In this document: positions 10,418 to 18,421 of the stretch, piece after piece
Layout: each line of letters begins with the position of its first letter
Position numbering within the stretch: position 1 is the first letter of the stretch
Origin: Dehalococcoidia bacterium
Lineage (GTDB): Bacteria; Chloroflexota; Dehalococcoidia; Lucifugimonadales; UBA2985
DNA length: 64,000 bases
NCBI GenBank assembly: GCA_965221925.1
Contig: OZ244924.1
Location: forward strand, 1,929,352-1,993,351
Reading direction: 5' to 3'
Notes under the pieces: generated by a model
The model's input: the letters and a program-made list of their open reading frames with translations, nothing else
Databases searched by the model: none
What the model was told of the DNA's origin: nothing
Program-made: the position numbers and the translations under genes

Positions 10418-11215
10418 CTAGAGGCACAGCAACTTGTCCAAGCCAACCACCAGGCCCTTCCAGTTCGATACTTCCCTGACTGCCAGCGCTACGCCCGGCA
10501 TGTAGCACTCCCGGTTGATGGTGTCGTGCTTCAGGCTCATGGTTTGGCCTGCGGCGCCCAGGATCACCTCGTGGTGGGCCATCCTTCCAGGCATACGCAC
10601 GCTGTGGATGGACACGCCGCCCATGTCTCCGCCGCGGGTTTCGGCTATCGGCTCACGCTCCGGCGTTGGCCTGAGAAACGGCGCGTCCCTGTCCTCCGAC
10701 AGGCTCCTTGCCAGGGCCATAGCCGTGCCGGAGGGGGAGTCTATCTTGGCCTCGTGGTGCATCTCGACAACGTCGGCGTAGTCGAAGTACTTGCCCAGGC
10801 CGCGGGCCAAGTGTATCAGCAGCGCCGCTCCCAAGGCGAAGTTTGGGGCCACGAAGGCCCCTATCCCGCGCTCGTTTGCCAGCGCGTCAAGCTCCTCCAG
10901 GTTGGCCTCGGAGAGGCCCGTGGCGCCCACCACCAGGTTGACTCCGTGAGCGGCCGCCACCCGGCAGCCTTCCATTGCGCCCGTGGCGTTTGTGAAGTCC
11001 ACCATAACCTGCGGCCGGCGCCTTGCGATCATGTCCTTCAGGTCAGAGGAGATGGGCATATCACCGGAGCCGTCCGGCAGCGCCATGCTGCTCTCGGTGA
11101 CTCCTCGGTTCACACCGCCGACCGGCTCCAGGTCCGGCTCCCGGCAGAGGGCGGCGAGCGTCTCGCGCCCCATTCTGCCCAGGACTCCATGAACAAGGAC
11201 TGTTATAGGCGCCAT
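10418..11215 (-). CDS. dapB: 4-hydroxy-tetrahydrodipicolinate reductase
   Basis: 265 aa with EMHHEAKIDSPSGTA, the DapB signature. Confidence 0.9.
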   Translation of the reverse strand: MAPITVLVHGVLGRMGRETLAALCREPDLEPVGGVNRGVTESSMALPDGSGDMPISSDLKDMIARRRPQVMVDFTNATGAMEGCRVAAAHGVNLVVGATGLSEANLEELDALANERGIGAFVAPNFALGAALLIHLARGLGKYFDYADVVEMHHEAKIDSPSGTAMALARSLSEDRDAPFLRPTPEREPIAETRGGDMGGVSIHSVRMPGRMAHHEVILGAAGQTMSLKHDTINRECYMPGVALAVREVSNWKGLVVGLDKLLCL

Positions 11216-11250
11216 CTTCTCACCCTGATTCCGGCGGGCTGTGTGGGTAT

Positions 11251-13497
11251 CTAGCGGGACTGCCTGAAGGGCGGCCTGCGGCCTCCCTGCGAGTTTTGGG
11301 ACGGGCCAGAAGGGCGCGGCCCTCTGGGCCTGCCAAAGCGGTCGTCCTCTCTCCCTCCACTGTCCTGGGGCGGCCGGGACTCTGCGGCGCGGGGCGTTGA
11401 GTCGCCATCCGTGCCGGGCCCCTGCAGCAGGGCGCGCCTTGAGAGGTTGATACGCCCCATAGAGTCTATCTCCCTGACCATGACGGTTATCTCATCTCCC
11501 ACGTGCACCACGTCTTCCACGGACTCAACCCGCTCGTTTGAGAGCTCGCTGATGTGGACAAGCCCGTCTTTGCCGGGCAGTATCTCCACAAAAGCGCCGA
11601 AGTTCATCAGGCGGACCACCTTGCCGGTGTAGATTCCGCCTACCTCCGCCTCTTTGGTGAGCATCTCTATGCGCTGCACCGCCTTCTGTGCCGCCTCCCC
11701 GCTCACCGAGCCTATGGTTACCGTGCCGTCGTTGTCCACGTTTATCGTGGCCTTGGTCTCCTCTATGATGGAGCGTATGGTCTTTCCACCCGGGCCGATG
11801 ACCGCTCCGATCTTTTCCACAGGTATGCTTATGCGAAGCATTCTGGGAGCGTAGGGGCTGAGGTCCTCCCGTGGCTTGGCAAGGGTGGACTTTATCCGCT
11901 CCAGAACAAACATACGCGCCTCGCGGGCCTGGCTCAACGCCTCCTCCATGATCCCGTAGGTTATGCCCTTTACCTTGATGTCCATCTGAAGGGCGGTTAT
12001 CCCCTGGGCAGTCCCCGCCACCTTGAAGTCCATGTCGCCAAGGGCGTCTTCCACGCCCTGGATGTCCGTCAGGATGACGTACCGGTCGTCCTCCGTCATC
12101 ACCAATCCCATTGCCACTCCTGCCACGGGCGCTTTCAGTGGTATGCCGGCGTCCATGAGGGCCAGTGTGCTGCCGCACACGCTGGCCATGGAGGTGCTGC
12201 CATTGGAGCTAAGGGACTCCGACACCAGGCGTATGGTGTAGGGAAACTCGTCTTCGCTTGGTACGACGGGAAGGAGGGCGCGCTCCGCCAGGGCTCCGTG
12301 TCCAACCTCCCTGCGGCCGGGGCCGCCTACTCTCCTTACCTCGCCGACGGAGTAGGGGGGGAAGTTGTAGTGGTGGAGGTATCGCTTGCTATCCTCCGGG
12401 TTTATGGTATCCAGCTTCTGATTCTCGGCCATAGACCCCAGGGTTGCAATGGTAAGCACCTGGGTCTGCCCGCGGGTGAAGAGGCCGGAGCCGTGTGTCC
12501 GGGGCAGGACGGACGTCTCGCAGCTGATGGGACGTATCTCTTTGGGTCCTCGGCCGTCCGGGCGCAGACCCCCCAGGACTATTCCGGAGCGTACCTCCTT
12601 CTTGAGGAGGGCCTCAAAGGCTGCGCCAACGCTCTGTCGGGAGTAGTCCTCGCTCAGCTGGGCCGCAACCTCCCCGACCAGATTGTCCAGGGAGCCGTCT
12701 CTTTCGCCCTTCTCCTTGCCTGTGAAGATAGTGGTGTGAAGCCGGTCTCCAACGGCGGACGCCACCTTCTCCATCAGCTCATCGTCGGCGTAGCCGTCCA
12801 GCTTAGGGGACATCTTGGGCTTCCCGGCCAAAGCCATCAGCTCCTGCTGAAGCCCAATGACCACCTGGTTGACCTCCTGGCCGCGCTTGACTGCCTGAAT
12901 GATCACCTCTTCAGACACCTCGCTGGCTCCCGCCTCCACCATTGCTATGGCGTCCCGGGTGCCGGCAACCACCAGGTCCAGCTTGCTTTCCTCCAGCTGC
13001 GCGAAGGTTGGGTTAACGACGATCTCCCCGTCTATGTAGCCCAGCCTGGTGGCGCTAACGGGTCCGTCAAAAGGTATGTCGGACAGGCACAGGGCAGAAG
13101 ATGCCCCTATTATGCCCAGGACATCCGGGTCGTTCGCCTGATCTGCTGAAAGAACGGTTACGATGACCTGGATCTCGTTGTGAAACCCCTTTGGGAAGAG
13201 GGGTCTCAGGGGTCGGTCCGTCATGCGGGCGGCCAAGGTTGCGGTCTCTGTGGGGCGGCCCTCTCTTCGGAAGAAGCTGCCTGGGATCTTGCCCACGGCG
13301 TACAGGCGCTCTTCGTAGTCTATGGTCAGAGGCAGGAAGTCAACTCCCTCTCTGGGGTTTGGCGCAGCGCAGGCAGTGACCAGTAGAATGGAGTCTCCGT
13401 AGCGGACGGTTACCGAGCCGCCGGCCTGGTTTGCCAGCTTGCCGGTCTCAATGGTCAACTGACGACCGGCGATCTCATCGCTTGTAGTGTGAATCAA
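11251..13497 (-). CDS. pnp: polyribonucleotide nucleotidyltransferase (PNPase)
   Basis: Two RNase PH domains, KH and S1. Likely TTG start at 13497 (GGAGGA 9 nt upstream), giving (M)IHTTSDEIAGRQLTIETGKLA. Carries a Gly/Arg/Pro-rich C-terminal tail of roughly 55-60 aa. Confidence 0.9.
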   Translation of the reverse strand: MIHTTSDEIAGRQLTIETGKLANQAGGSVTVRYGDSILLVTACAAPNPREGVDFLPLTIDYEERLYAVGKIPGSFFRREGRPTETATLAARMTDRPLRPLFPKGFHNEIQVIVTVLSADQANDPDVLGIIGASSALCLSDIPFDGPVSATRLGYIDGEIVVNPTFAQLEESKLDLVVAGTRDAIAMVEAGASEVSEEVIIQAVKRGQEVNQVVIGLQQELMALAGKPKMSPKLDGYADDELMEKVASAVGDRLHTTIFTGKEKGERDGSLDNLVGEVAAQLSEDYSRQSVGAAFEALLKKEVRSGIVLGGLRPDGRGPKEIRPISCETSVLPRTHGSGLFTRGQTQVLTIATLGSMAENQKLDTINPEDSKRYLHHYNFPPYSVGEVRRVGGPGRREVGHGALAERALLPVVPSEDEFPYTIRLVSESLSSNGSTSMASVCGSTLALMDAGIPLKAPVAGVAMGLVMTEDDRYVILTDIQGVEDALGDMDFKVAGTAQGITALQMDIKVKGITYGIMEEALSQAREARMFVLERIKSTLAKPREDLSPYAPRMLRISIPVEKIGAVIGPGGKTIRSIIEETKATINVDNDGTVTIGSVSGEAAQKAVQRIEMLTKEAEVGGIYTGKVVRLMNFGAFVEILPGKDGLVHISELSNERVESVEDVVHVGDEITVMVREIDSMGRINLSRRALLQGPGTDGDSTPRAAESRPPQDSGGREDDRFGRPRGPRPSGPSQNSQGGRRPPFRQSR

Positions 13498-13567
13498 AGT
13501 GAAATTATCCTCCTCGCAGTTAGTCAACGCTTGGGGAGAATAAAGAAGGAGCGCCCAGAACCAGGCG

Positions 13568-13834
13568 CTATCTGCGAATGCCAAGGCTGGCTGTCAGTTC
13601 CATGTAACGGCTGCTATCTTCCTTTCTTAGATAGCGCAAGAGCCGTCGTCGCTGACCAACCAGCTTCAGTAGTCCACGGAGACAATGGTAGTCTTTGCGG
13701 TGTACCCTTAGATGATCGCTCAGGTGATTGATCCGCTGCGTCAGGATGGCTATCTGCACTCCTGTGGAGCCGGTATCACCTTCTTTCGTCTGGTACACCC
13801 TGATGAGGGCCTGCTTACTCTCTGTCCCCAGCAT
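13568..13834 (-). CDS. rpsO: 30S ribosomal protein S15
   Basis: 88 aa. [51 protein letters not shown]. Confidence 0.95.
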   Translation of the reverse strand: MLGTESKQALIRVYQTKEGDTGSTGVQIAILTQRINHLSDHLRVHRKDYHCLRGLLKLVGQRRRLLRYLRKEDSSRYMELTASLGIRR

Positions 13835-14023
13835 CTATGCTATGCCTTTCTCTATTCTCTATTGTTCGCGCCCGATTATAGCACAGGTCACGCGGGTCGT
13901 AAACCACCGGCCTCCATGCCAAACAGGATAAGCTGGGGGTTTGCCGAATCCCAAGGTTTCCGGTCCCCGACAAGCAGGGATCAGGCTGTGTTCTCTTCCG
14001 GGGATACCAAGGCTCGCAGGGCG

Positions 14024-14311
14024 CTACCTGGCGGCCCTTTCGGTAGCGAAGCATTCGTTGCAGTACACCGGCCTGCCCAGGCGAGGCTGGAATGGCACTT
14101 CCGCCTCTTTGCCGCATGAGGCGCAGGTTATGGGATGCATTGCGCGGGGGCTTGCTCCACCCTCGTTTCGGGCGCCACGGCGCGCTGATCGACAGTCGGG
14201 GCAACGGCTGGGCTCGTTGAGGAGTCCCCGTTTCTGATAAAAATCCTGCTCACCCTCGGTGAATACGAACTCTGTTCCACACTCTCGACATACCAGACTC
14301 TTATCACTCAA
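14024..14311 (-). CDS. zinc-ribbon (double CxxC pair) protein
   Basis: 95 aa with CRECG...CPDCR and CASCG...CNEC pairs. Resembles the CxxC-x17-CxxC small zinc-ribbon family. Confidence 0.6.
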   Translation of the reverse strand: MSDKSLVCRECGTEFVFTEGEQDFYQKRGLLNEPSRCPDCRSARRGARNEGGASPRAMHPITCASCGKEAEVPFQPRLGRPVYCNECFATERAAR

Positions 14312-14533
14312 CGTTTCTCAGTCCTCCTAAGGTCTTTTCTGGGTCGCTATGCTGACCAGTGGTGATCGGCGCCCAGAACCCCGGCAGGACCTTCCGAGCG
14401 GTGCATTGACATTCTAGAGGTGCCAGAATGCTGTCTCGGCGGATTCTACCATTGAATACCCCCTGGGTCAATAGAGGACGGCCGAGGGTCCAGGGTCTTT
14501 CGATTATGGCAAGAAGAGTGATAGAGTTGGCGT

Positions 14534-14977
14534 ATGAATATGGAGGGACTGGGAAAGAGCCTACTTGGAGTACTGGAGGGGGTGCCTGATCCCCGGTCCA
14601 GGCATGGTCGTCGCCATGCGCTGAGTGCAATCTTGGCGTTATCGGTGTGTGCAATAGCAAGTGGCGCCCGTAGTCTATATGCCATAGCCCAATGGGGAAG
14701 GATGCAAGACCCGGCTACACTGAAGGAGTTGGGGTTCACCAGAGAGCGGACCCCTGCGATATCCACGTTGCATAAGGTGTTCAGCAGTATAGACATGGAT
14801 GCGTTCGAGAGTGTGCTTGGGGAATGGGTTGAATCTCAGTTGGGAACAAGAGAGGAGGCAATAGCAATAGATGGCAAGGCGCTTAGGGGGATACACGGGG
14901 AGGAGGCGCCTGGAGTCCGTCTTGTGGCTGCCTATAGCCATCGCATGGGCTTGGTGGTGAGTCAAAAAGGGGGGTGA
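14534..14977 (+). CDS. ISAs1-family transposase, N-terminal part (orfA)
   Basis: 147 aa. VPDPRSRHGRRHALSAILALSVCAIASGARSLYAIAQWG matches the H-repeat/DDE_Tnp_1-associated N-domain. Ends at A5G6-TGA. Confidence 0.85.
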   Translation: MNMEGLGKSLLGVLEGVPDPRSRHGRRHALSAILALSVCAIASGARSLYAIAQWGRMQDPATLKELGFTRERTPAISTLHKVFSSIDMDAFESVLGEWVESQLGTREEAIAIDGKALRGIHGEEAPGVRLVAAYSHRMGLVVSQKGG

Positions 14978-15657
14978 CGGCTGAGAAGAATCAGTCGGAG
15001 TTGGCTATGGCAAGCTCGCTGTTGGAGAGAATGATCGTAACAGACAGGGTAGTGACCGGGGATGCGCTGTACTGCCAGAGACAGCTGTGTGAACAGGTGG
15101 TTGGTGGAGGTGGCGACTATCTGTTGATAGTCAAGAGCAACCAGAAGAGGCTGTACGAGGACATAGAGTTGTGCTTCGACCGGCCTGTGGTTGGTGAGAC
15201 GTATGGATATGCCGAGACCGAGGACAGTCATGGAGAGCGTCGAGAGTATCGCAGGTTGTGGGCTACAGACACACTGAAGACCTATCTGGAGTGGCCCGGA
15301 CACGGGCAGGTGATGAAGGTTGAGAGTTGGCGCAGCATCAAAGGCAAGACCACTCGGCAGGTGCGATACGCTATCACCAGCCTTGGGACTCACACACCGG
15401 CTGATAGACTGCTCCAACTGGTACGCGGCCATTGGCGCATTGAGAATGGCCTGCACTATGTGAGGGACGTGACCATGGGGGAGGATGGCTCCCAAGTTCG
15501 CACCGGCTCAGCGCCACAGATGATGGCAGCCCTGAGAAACGTGGCGCTGAATATCCTCCGACTGAGCGGAGCTACCAACATCGCAGCAGCCATAAGGAAC
15601 GTCGCTTGGCAGCCCAACGGCGCTCTCAGATTGCTAGGCCTACTACCATCACAATAA
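14974..15657 (+). CDS. ISAs1-family transposase, DDE part (orfB, -1 frame)
   Basis: 227 aa. GGDYLLIVKSNQKRL ... HWRIENGLHYVRDVTMGEDGS is typical of ISAs1 DDE transposases. Lies in the -1 frame relative to orfA. Confidence 0.85.
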   Translation: MTAEKNQSELAMASSLLERMIVTDRVVTGDALYCQRQLCEQVVGGGGDYLLIVKSNQKRLYEDIELCFDRPVVGETYGYAETEDSHGERREYRRLWATDTLKTYLEWPGHGQVMKVESWRSIKGKTTRQVRYAITSLGTHTPADRLLQLVRGHWRIENGLHYVRDVTMGEDGSQVRTGSAPQMMAALRNVALNILRLSGATNIAAAIRNVAWQPNGALRLLGLLPSQ

Positions 15658-15737
15658 TCGAAAGACCCTGGCCGAGGGTCTGGGTTTTTTCCTTTTGCCG
15701 CAACATGCGCCGGGCACGCCGGCGGGAGTTAGCTCCG

Positions 15738-15938
15738 TCAACAGCCCGGCTGGCCGTAGTTGCCGCAGCAGCCACTGACGAACCGCGCCTTGCGCCAGTT
15801 GTTGACGGCAATGCGGGCCAGCGACTTGCGCCAGGACAGTCTGGAACCCATGACGTTTCTGAAGAACCTGGCGATTCTTATCGTGAGGGGGTAGGGAGCG
15901 TCGCTGCCATTGTGGCCGTCTCGATCAGGCAGAGGCAT
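15738..15938 (-). CDS. hypothetical small protein with Cys-rich C-terminus
   Basis: 66-aa ORF with GC-rich third positions in its distal half. ATG overlaps the upstream ORF stop (ATCTGATG). Ends ...FVSGCCGNYGQPGC. No family recognised. Confidence 0.3.
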   Translation of the reverse strand: MPLPDRDGHNGSDAPYPLTIRIARFFRNVMGSRLSWRKSLARIAVNNWRKARFVSGCCGNYGQPGC

Positions 15939-16192
15939 CAGATTTGCTCCCCTACCAGCGTTGCGCCGGGTCTAATGCGGGCGTTCTCCATAATCGAGTC
16001 GTCTCTCCTTAAAACAGCCTGCCCGGACTCTCCCGAGGCCCCTCTGGCGGTCACTGCCAAAGCAGAGCCTCCGTTTAGGTATTCAAGTCCCATCTTACCA
16101 TGACGTTGTACAAGCGCGCCAAGACCAAGACCGAGCCCCATCGCCTGCTGACGCTGAGGCTTGTGAGCGCGCGACGCGCCGCTCCGGCCCAT
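15938..16192 (-). CDS. hypothetical protein
   Basis: 84-aa ORF whose ATG abuts the IS481-like element end. No family recognised. Confidence 0.25.
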   Translation of the reverse strand: MGRSGASRAHKPQRQQAMGLGLGLGALVQRHGKMGLEYLNGGSALAVTARGASGESGQAVLRRDDSIMENARIRPGATLVGEQI

Positions 16193-16241
16193 GTTTCCTT
16201 AATCTCTCACCACATATGGTACAGAGGCTCTAGAATGAGCC

Positions 16242-17151
16242 ATGAGCAGATTACCAGTACGGACCATCATCGAAACATGGAAGGTGTGCGATCAGAACGT
16301 CTCGGAAACGGCCCGGCGTTTGCACATAGACCGCCGGACCGTCAAACGCTGGGTGGATCGAGGGCGGCAGCCCTGGGGATACGTGCGTTGGCAGGGCGTG
16401 CGGCGCAAGTCTACCGCACCCAAACACCCCAAGCGTGCGCTGTGGGGGGAGGCTGCCGCCCAAGTGCGAAGGTGGAGGGAAGCGACCGGCTTCTGTCGGG
16501 AGAAGCTAGCGGTCTTGGCCCAGGCTCAAGGGCTGGAGGTCTCGGCATCGACCATTCATCGGTATTTGCAACGCGTGGGCTTGGTTCGCCCCAGTACGAA
16601 GCGACGGCGACCTCGCTTTCAGAACGGCCAAGTCATGCGGCCTCGTAACTGCCCGGGCTTAGGCTACCTTCAGATGGACGTGAAGTACGTCACTCCTGAG
16701 TTGTCCGGGTTGCCGTACACTTGCTACCTGTATGCGGCGATGGACATCTCCTCTCGCTACAAGGTTGGGCTAATCCTCCCCAAGCTGGCTGAGGGGGGAA
16801 CACTCTTGGCCCTGTACTATGGCCACACAGCAGTTCCCCTTCCCGTTGCACTACGTCCAGACGGACAATGGACTGGAGTTTCAGAGACGCTTTCGCGCCA
16901 AGTGCGCCGAACTCGGCCTTGAACACTTCTACATCCACAAGAGTTCTCCCAATGAGAACGCGGTAATCGAGCGGAGTTTCCGCACGGACGAAGAGGAATG
17001 CTTCTTCCGGTTAGAGGAAGCGCCCCAAGACCACCAGGAGATGAACACTCGGTATCAGCGCTTCCTTGACGACTACAACACTACCCGACCACACATGGGC
17101 ATCAATATGCTTACTCCAAAGGAGGCTATCACCCTGTACCAAAAGTCATGA
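16242..17151 (+). pseudogene. IS481-family (rve/DDE integrase) transposase, frameshifted
   Basis: Two ORFs, 16242-16922 (helix-turn-helix (HTH) region plus the start of the rve core) and 16819-17151 (YVQTDNGLEF...NENAVIERSF), in frames 0 and +1. The break lies within 16774-16825, which contains a G6 run at 16793-16798. Confidence 0.7.
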
Positions 17152-17225
17152 GAGATTACAGGGTCTTTTCATTATCTAAACCTTAGTATAGATTTTGTAA
17201 AAACAGCAAGGAGCGGACAAAGCCC

Positions 17226-17792
17226 ATGAAGTTGAGACAAGCGTTGGATAAAGTGCCGGACCCTAGAGGAAGACAGGGACGGCGGCATCCCATAGGGGCG
17301 ATACTAACGTTGGCGGTCTGTGCGATGATGTGTGGAGCGCGCAGCCTGTATGCAATCAGTCAGTGGGGGCGTGATCATAGTCCTGGCATGTCGAGGTCTC
17401 TGGGGTTCAACCGGGAACAGACTCCGAGTGTGGCTACGCTACACAGGGTGTTCAGCAGATTGGACAGACAAGCCTTTGAGCGGGTCTTGGGAGAGTGGAT
17501 GACTGGGAAGGGACTGAATGACGCCGAGGCGTTGGCGGTGGACGGCAAGAGTCTTCGAGGGATTCATGGAGAACAGATTCCCGGTGTCCATCTTGTATCG
17601 GCCTTCAGTCACCACACCGGAGTCGTGGTGGGGCAAGTGTCAGTGGAAGACGGCGGCGGCGAACTGGGCGCTCTCAGACGTTTGCTTGAAGAGGTGGAGG
17701 TGAATGGTCGAGTGATAACCGGGGATGCCCAGTTCACTCAGCGCCGCGACTGTGAGGAGATAGTGTCAAAGGGGGGGACTACTTTTTCGTAG
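17226..17792 (+). CDS. ISAs1-like transposase, N-terminal part (orfA)
   Basis: 188 aa. VPDPRGRQGRRHPIGAILTLAVCAMMCGARSLYAISQWG. Frame ends shortly after the G7 run at 17771-17777. Confidence 0.85.
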   Translation: MKLRQALDKVPDPRGRQGRRHPIGAILTLAVCAMMCGARSLYAISQWGRDHSPGMSRSLGFNREQTPSVATLHRVFSRLDRQAFERVLGEWMTGKGLNDAEALAVDGKSLRGIHGEQIPGVHLVSAFSHHTGVVVGQVSVEDGGGELGALRRLLEEVEVNGRVITGDAQFTQRRDCEEIVSKGGTTFS

Positions 17793-17839
17793 TCAAGGAC
17801 AACCAAAAGAGCCTGAGGGAGGACATTGAGACGATTTGG

Positions 17840-18313
17840 ATGGACGCTCATCCGCCATCGTACGAGCGCCTAACCAAACGAGCAGGCAGGGTGGAGACCA
17901 GAGCTATCTGGGCATCAGATGTTCTGGCAGGGTATACAGACTGGCCTCACATGGCCCAGGTGTGTCGCATCGAACGGACGGTTGTCAGCAAGTCTGTATC
18001 GAGTAGGGATGTGTCATATGCGGTGACCAGTCTCAGACCGGACGACGCCGACCCTCGCCGGCTGCTAAAGCTGTCGCAGGGACATTGGGGTATTGAGAAC
18101 AGACTGCATTGGGTGAGGGATGTGACCTTTGACGAGGACCGGTCTCAGGTGCGCACCGGAGCCGCCCCCCAGGTCCTTTCTGCCATACGAAACACAGCAA
18201 TTGGCATGTTGAGAATCGCCGGCGTCAGTAACATTGCTGCTGCTCTGAGACTAAACGCGGCGCAACCTCACATCCCACTCAGCCTAGTTGGGGCATCACC
18301 CATCACTCAATAA
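17840..18313 (+). CDS. ISAs1-like transposase, C-terminal part (orfB, -1 frame)
   Basis: First ATG is at 17840 but the frame is open from 17756. A -1 shift on the G7 run reads ...SKGG-DYFFVVKDNQKSLREDIETIWMDAH.... Contains HWGIENRLHWVRDVTFDEDRS. Confidence 0.85.
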   Translation: MDAHPPSYERLTKRAGRVETRAIWASDVLAGYTDWPHMAQVCRIERTVVSKSVSSRDVSYAVTSLRPDDADPRRLLKLSQGHWGIENRLHWVRDVTFDEDRSQVRTGAAPQVLSAIRNTAIGMLRIAGVSNIAAALRLNAAQPHIPLSLVGASPITQ

Positions 18314-18421
18314 TGAAAAGACCCTGTGAGAGATTAAGTGTTTCTTGAGATGGAGCGGGCGATGTGATACACTATCGTTAGGTTTATCCTAAGAGACTAG
18401 AGAAGAGTGAGGCAGACACCT

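Larger units (their letters stand above)
14491..15670 (+). mobile_element. ISAs1-family insertion sequence, copy A (1180 bp)
   Basis: Terminal inverted repeats CAGGGTCTTTCGATTAT / ATAATCGAAAGACCCTG. 10-bp target duplication GCCGAGGGTC on both sides. Differs from copy B (48576-49755) at only about 4 positions. Confidence 0.9.
17159..18326 (+). mobile_element. ISAs1-like insertion sequence, diverged copy C (1168 bp)
   Basis: Inverted repeats CAGGGTCTTTTCATTAT / ATAATGAAAAGACCCTG. 10-bp target duplication TGAGAGATTA (17149-17158 and 18327-18336). Inserted in the terminal repeat of the IS481-like element. Confidence 0.9.
16198..18338 (+). mobile_element. IS481-like insertion sequence (about 963 bp of its own) carrying a nested ISAs1-like element
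   Basis: Inverted repeats CTTAATCTCTCA (16198-16209) / TGAGAGATTAAG (18327-18338). 6-bp target duplication TGTTTC (16192-16197 and 18339-18344). Confidence 0.75.

Noticed and set aside
14964-17777. Homopolymer sequencing error as the whole explanation for the IS frameshifts.
   Set aside because: This is not fully excluded. However, copies A and B share the same state despite other substitutions. Copy C breaks at a different protein position. A G8/C8 run in a housekeeping CDS (3175-3182) is in-frame. It is kept as a caveat in the finding rather than as the conclusion.
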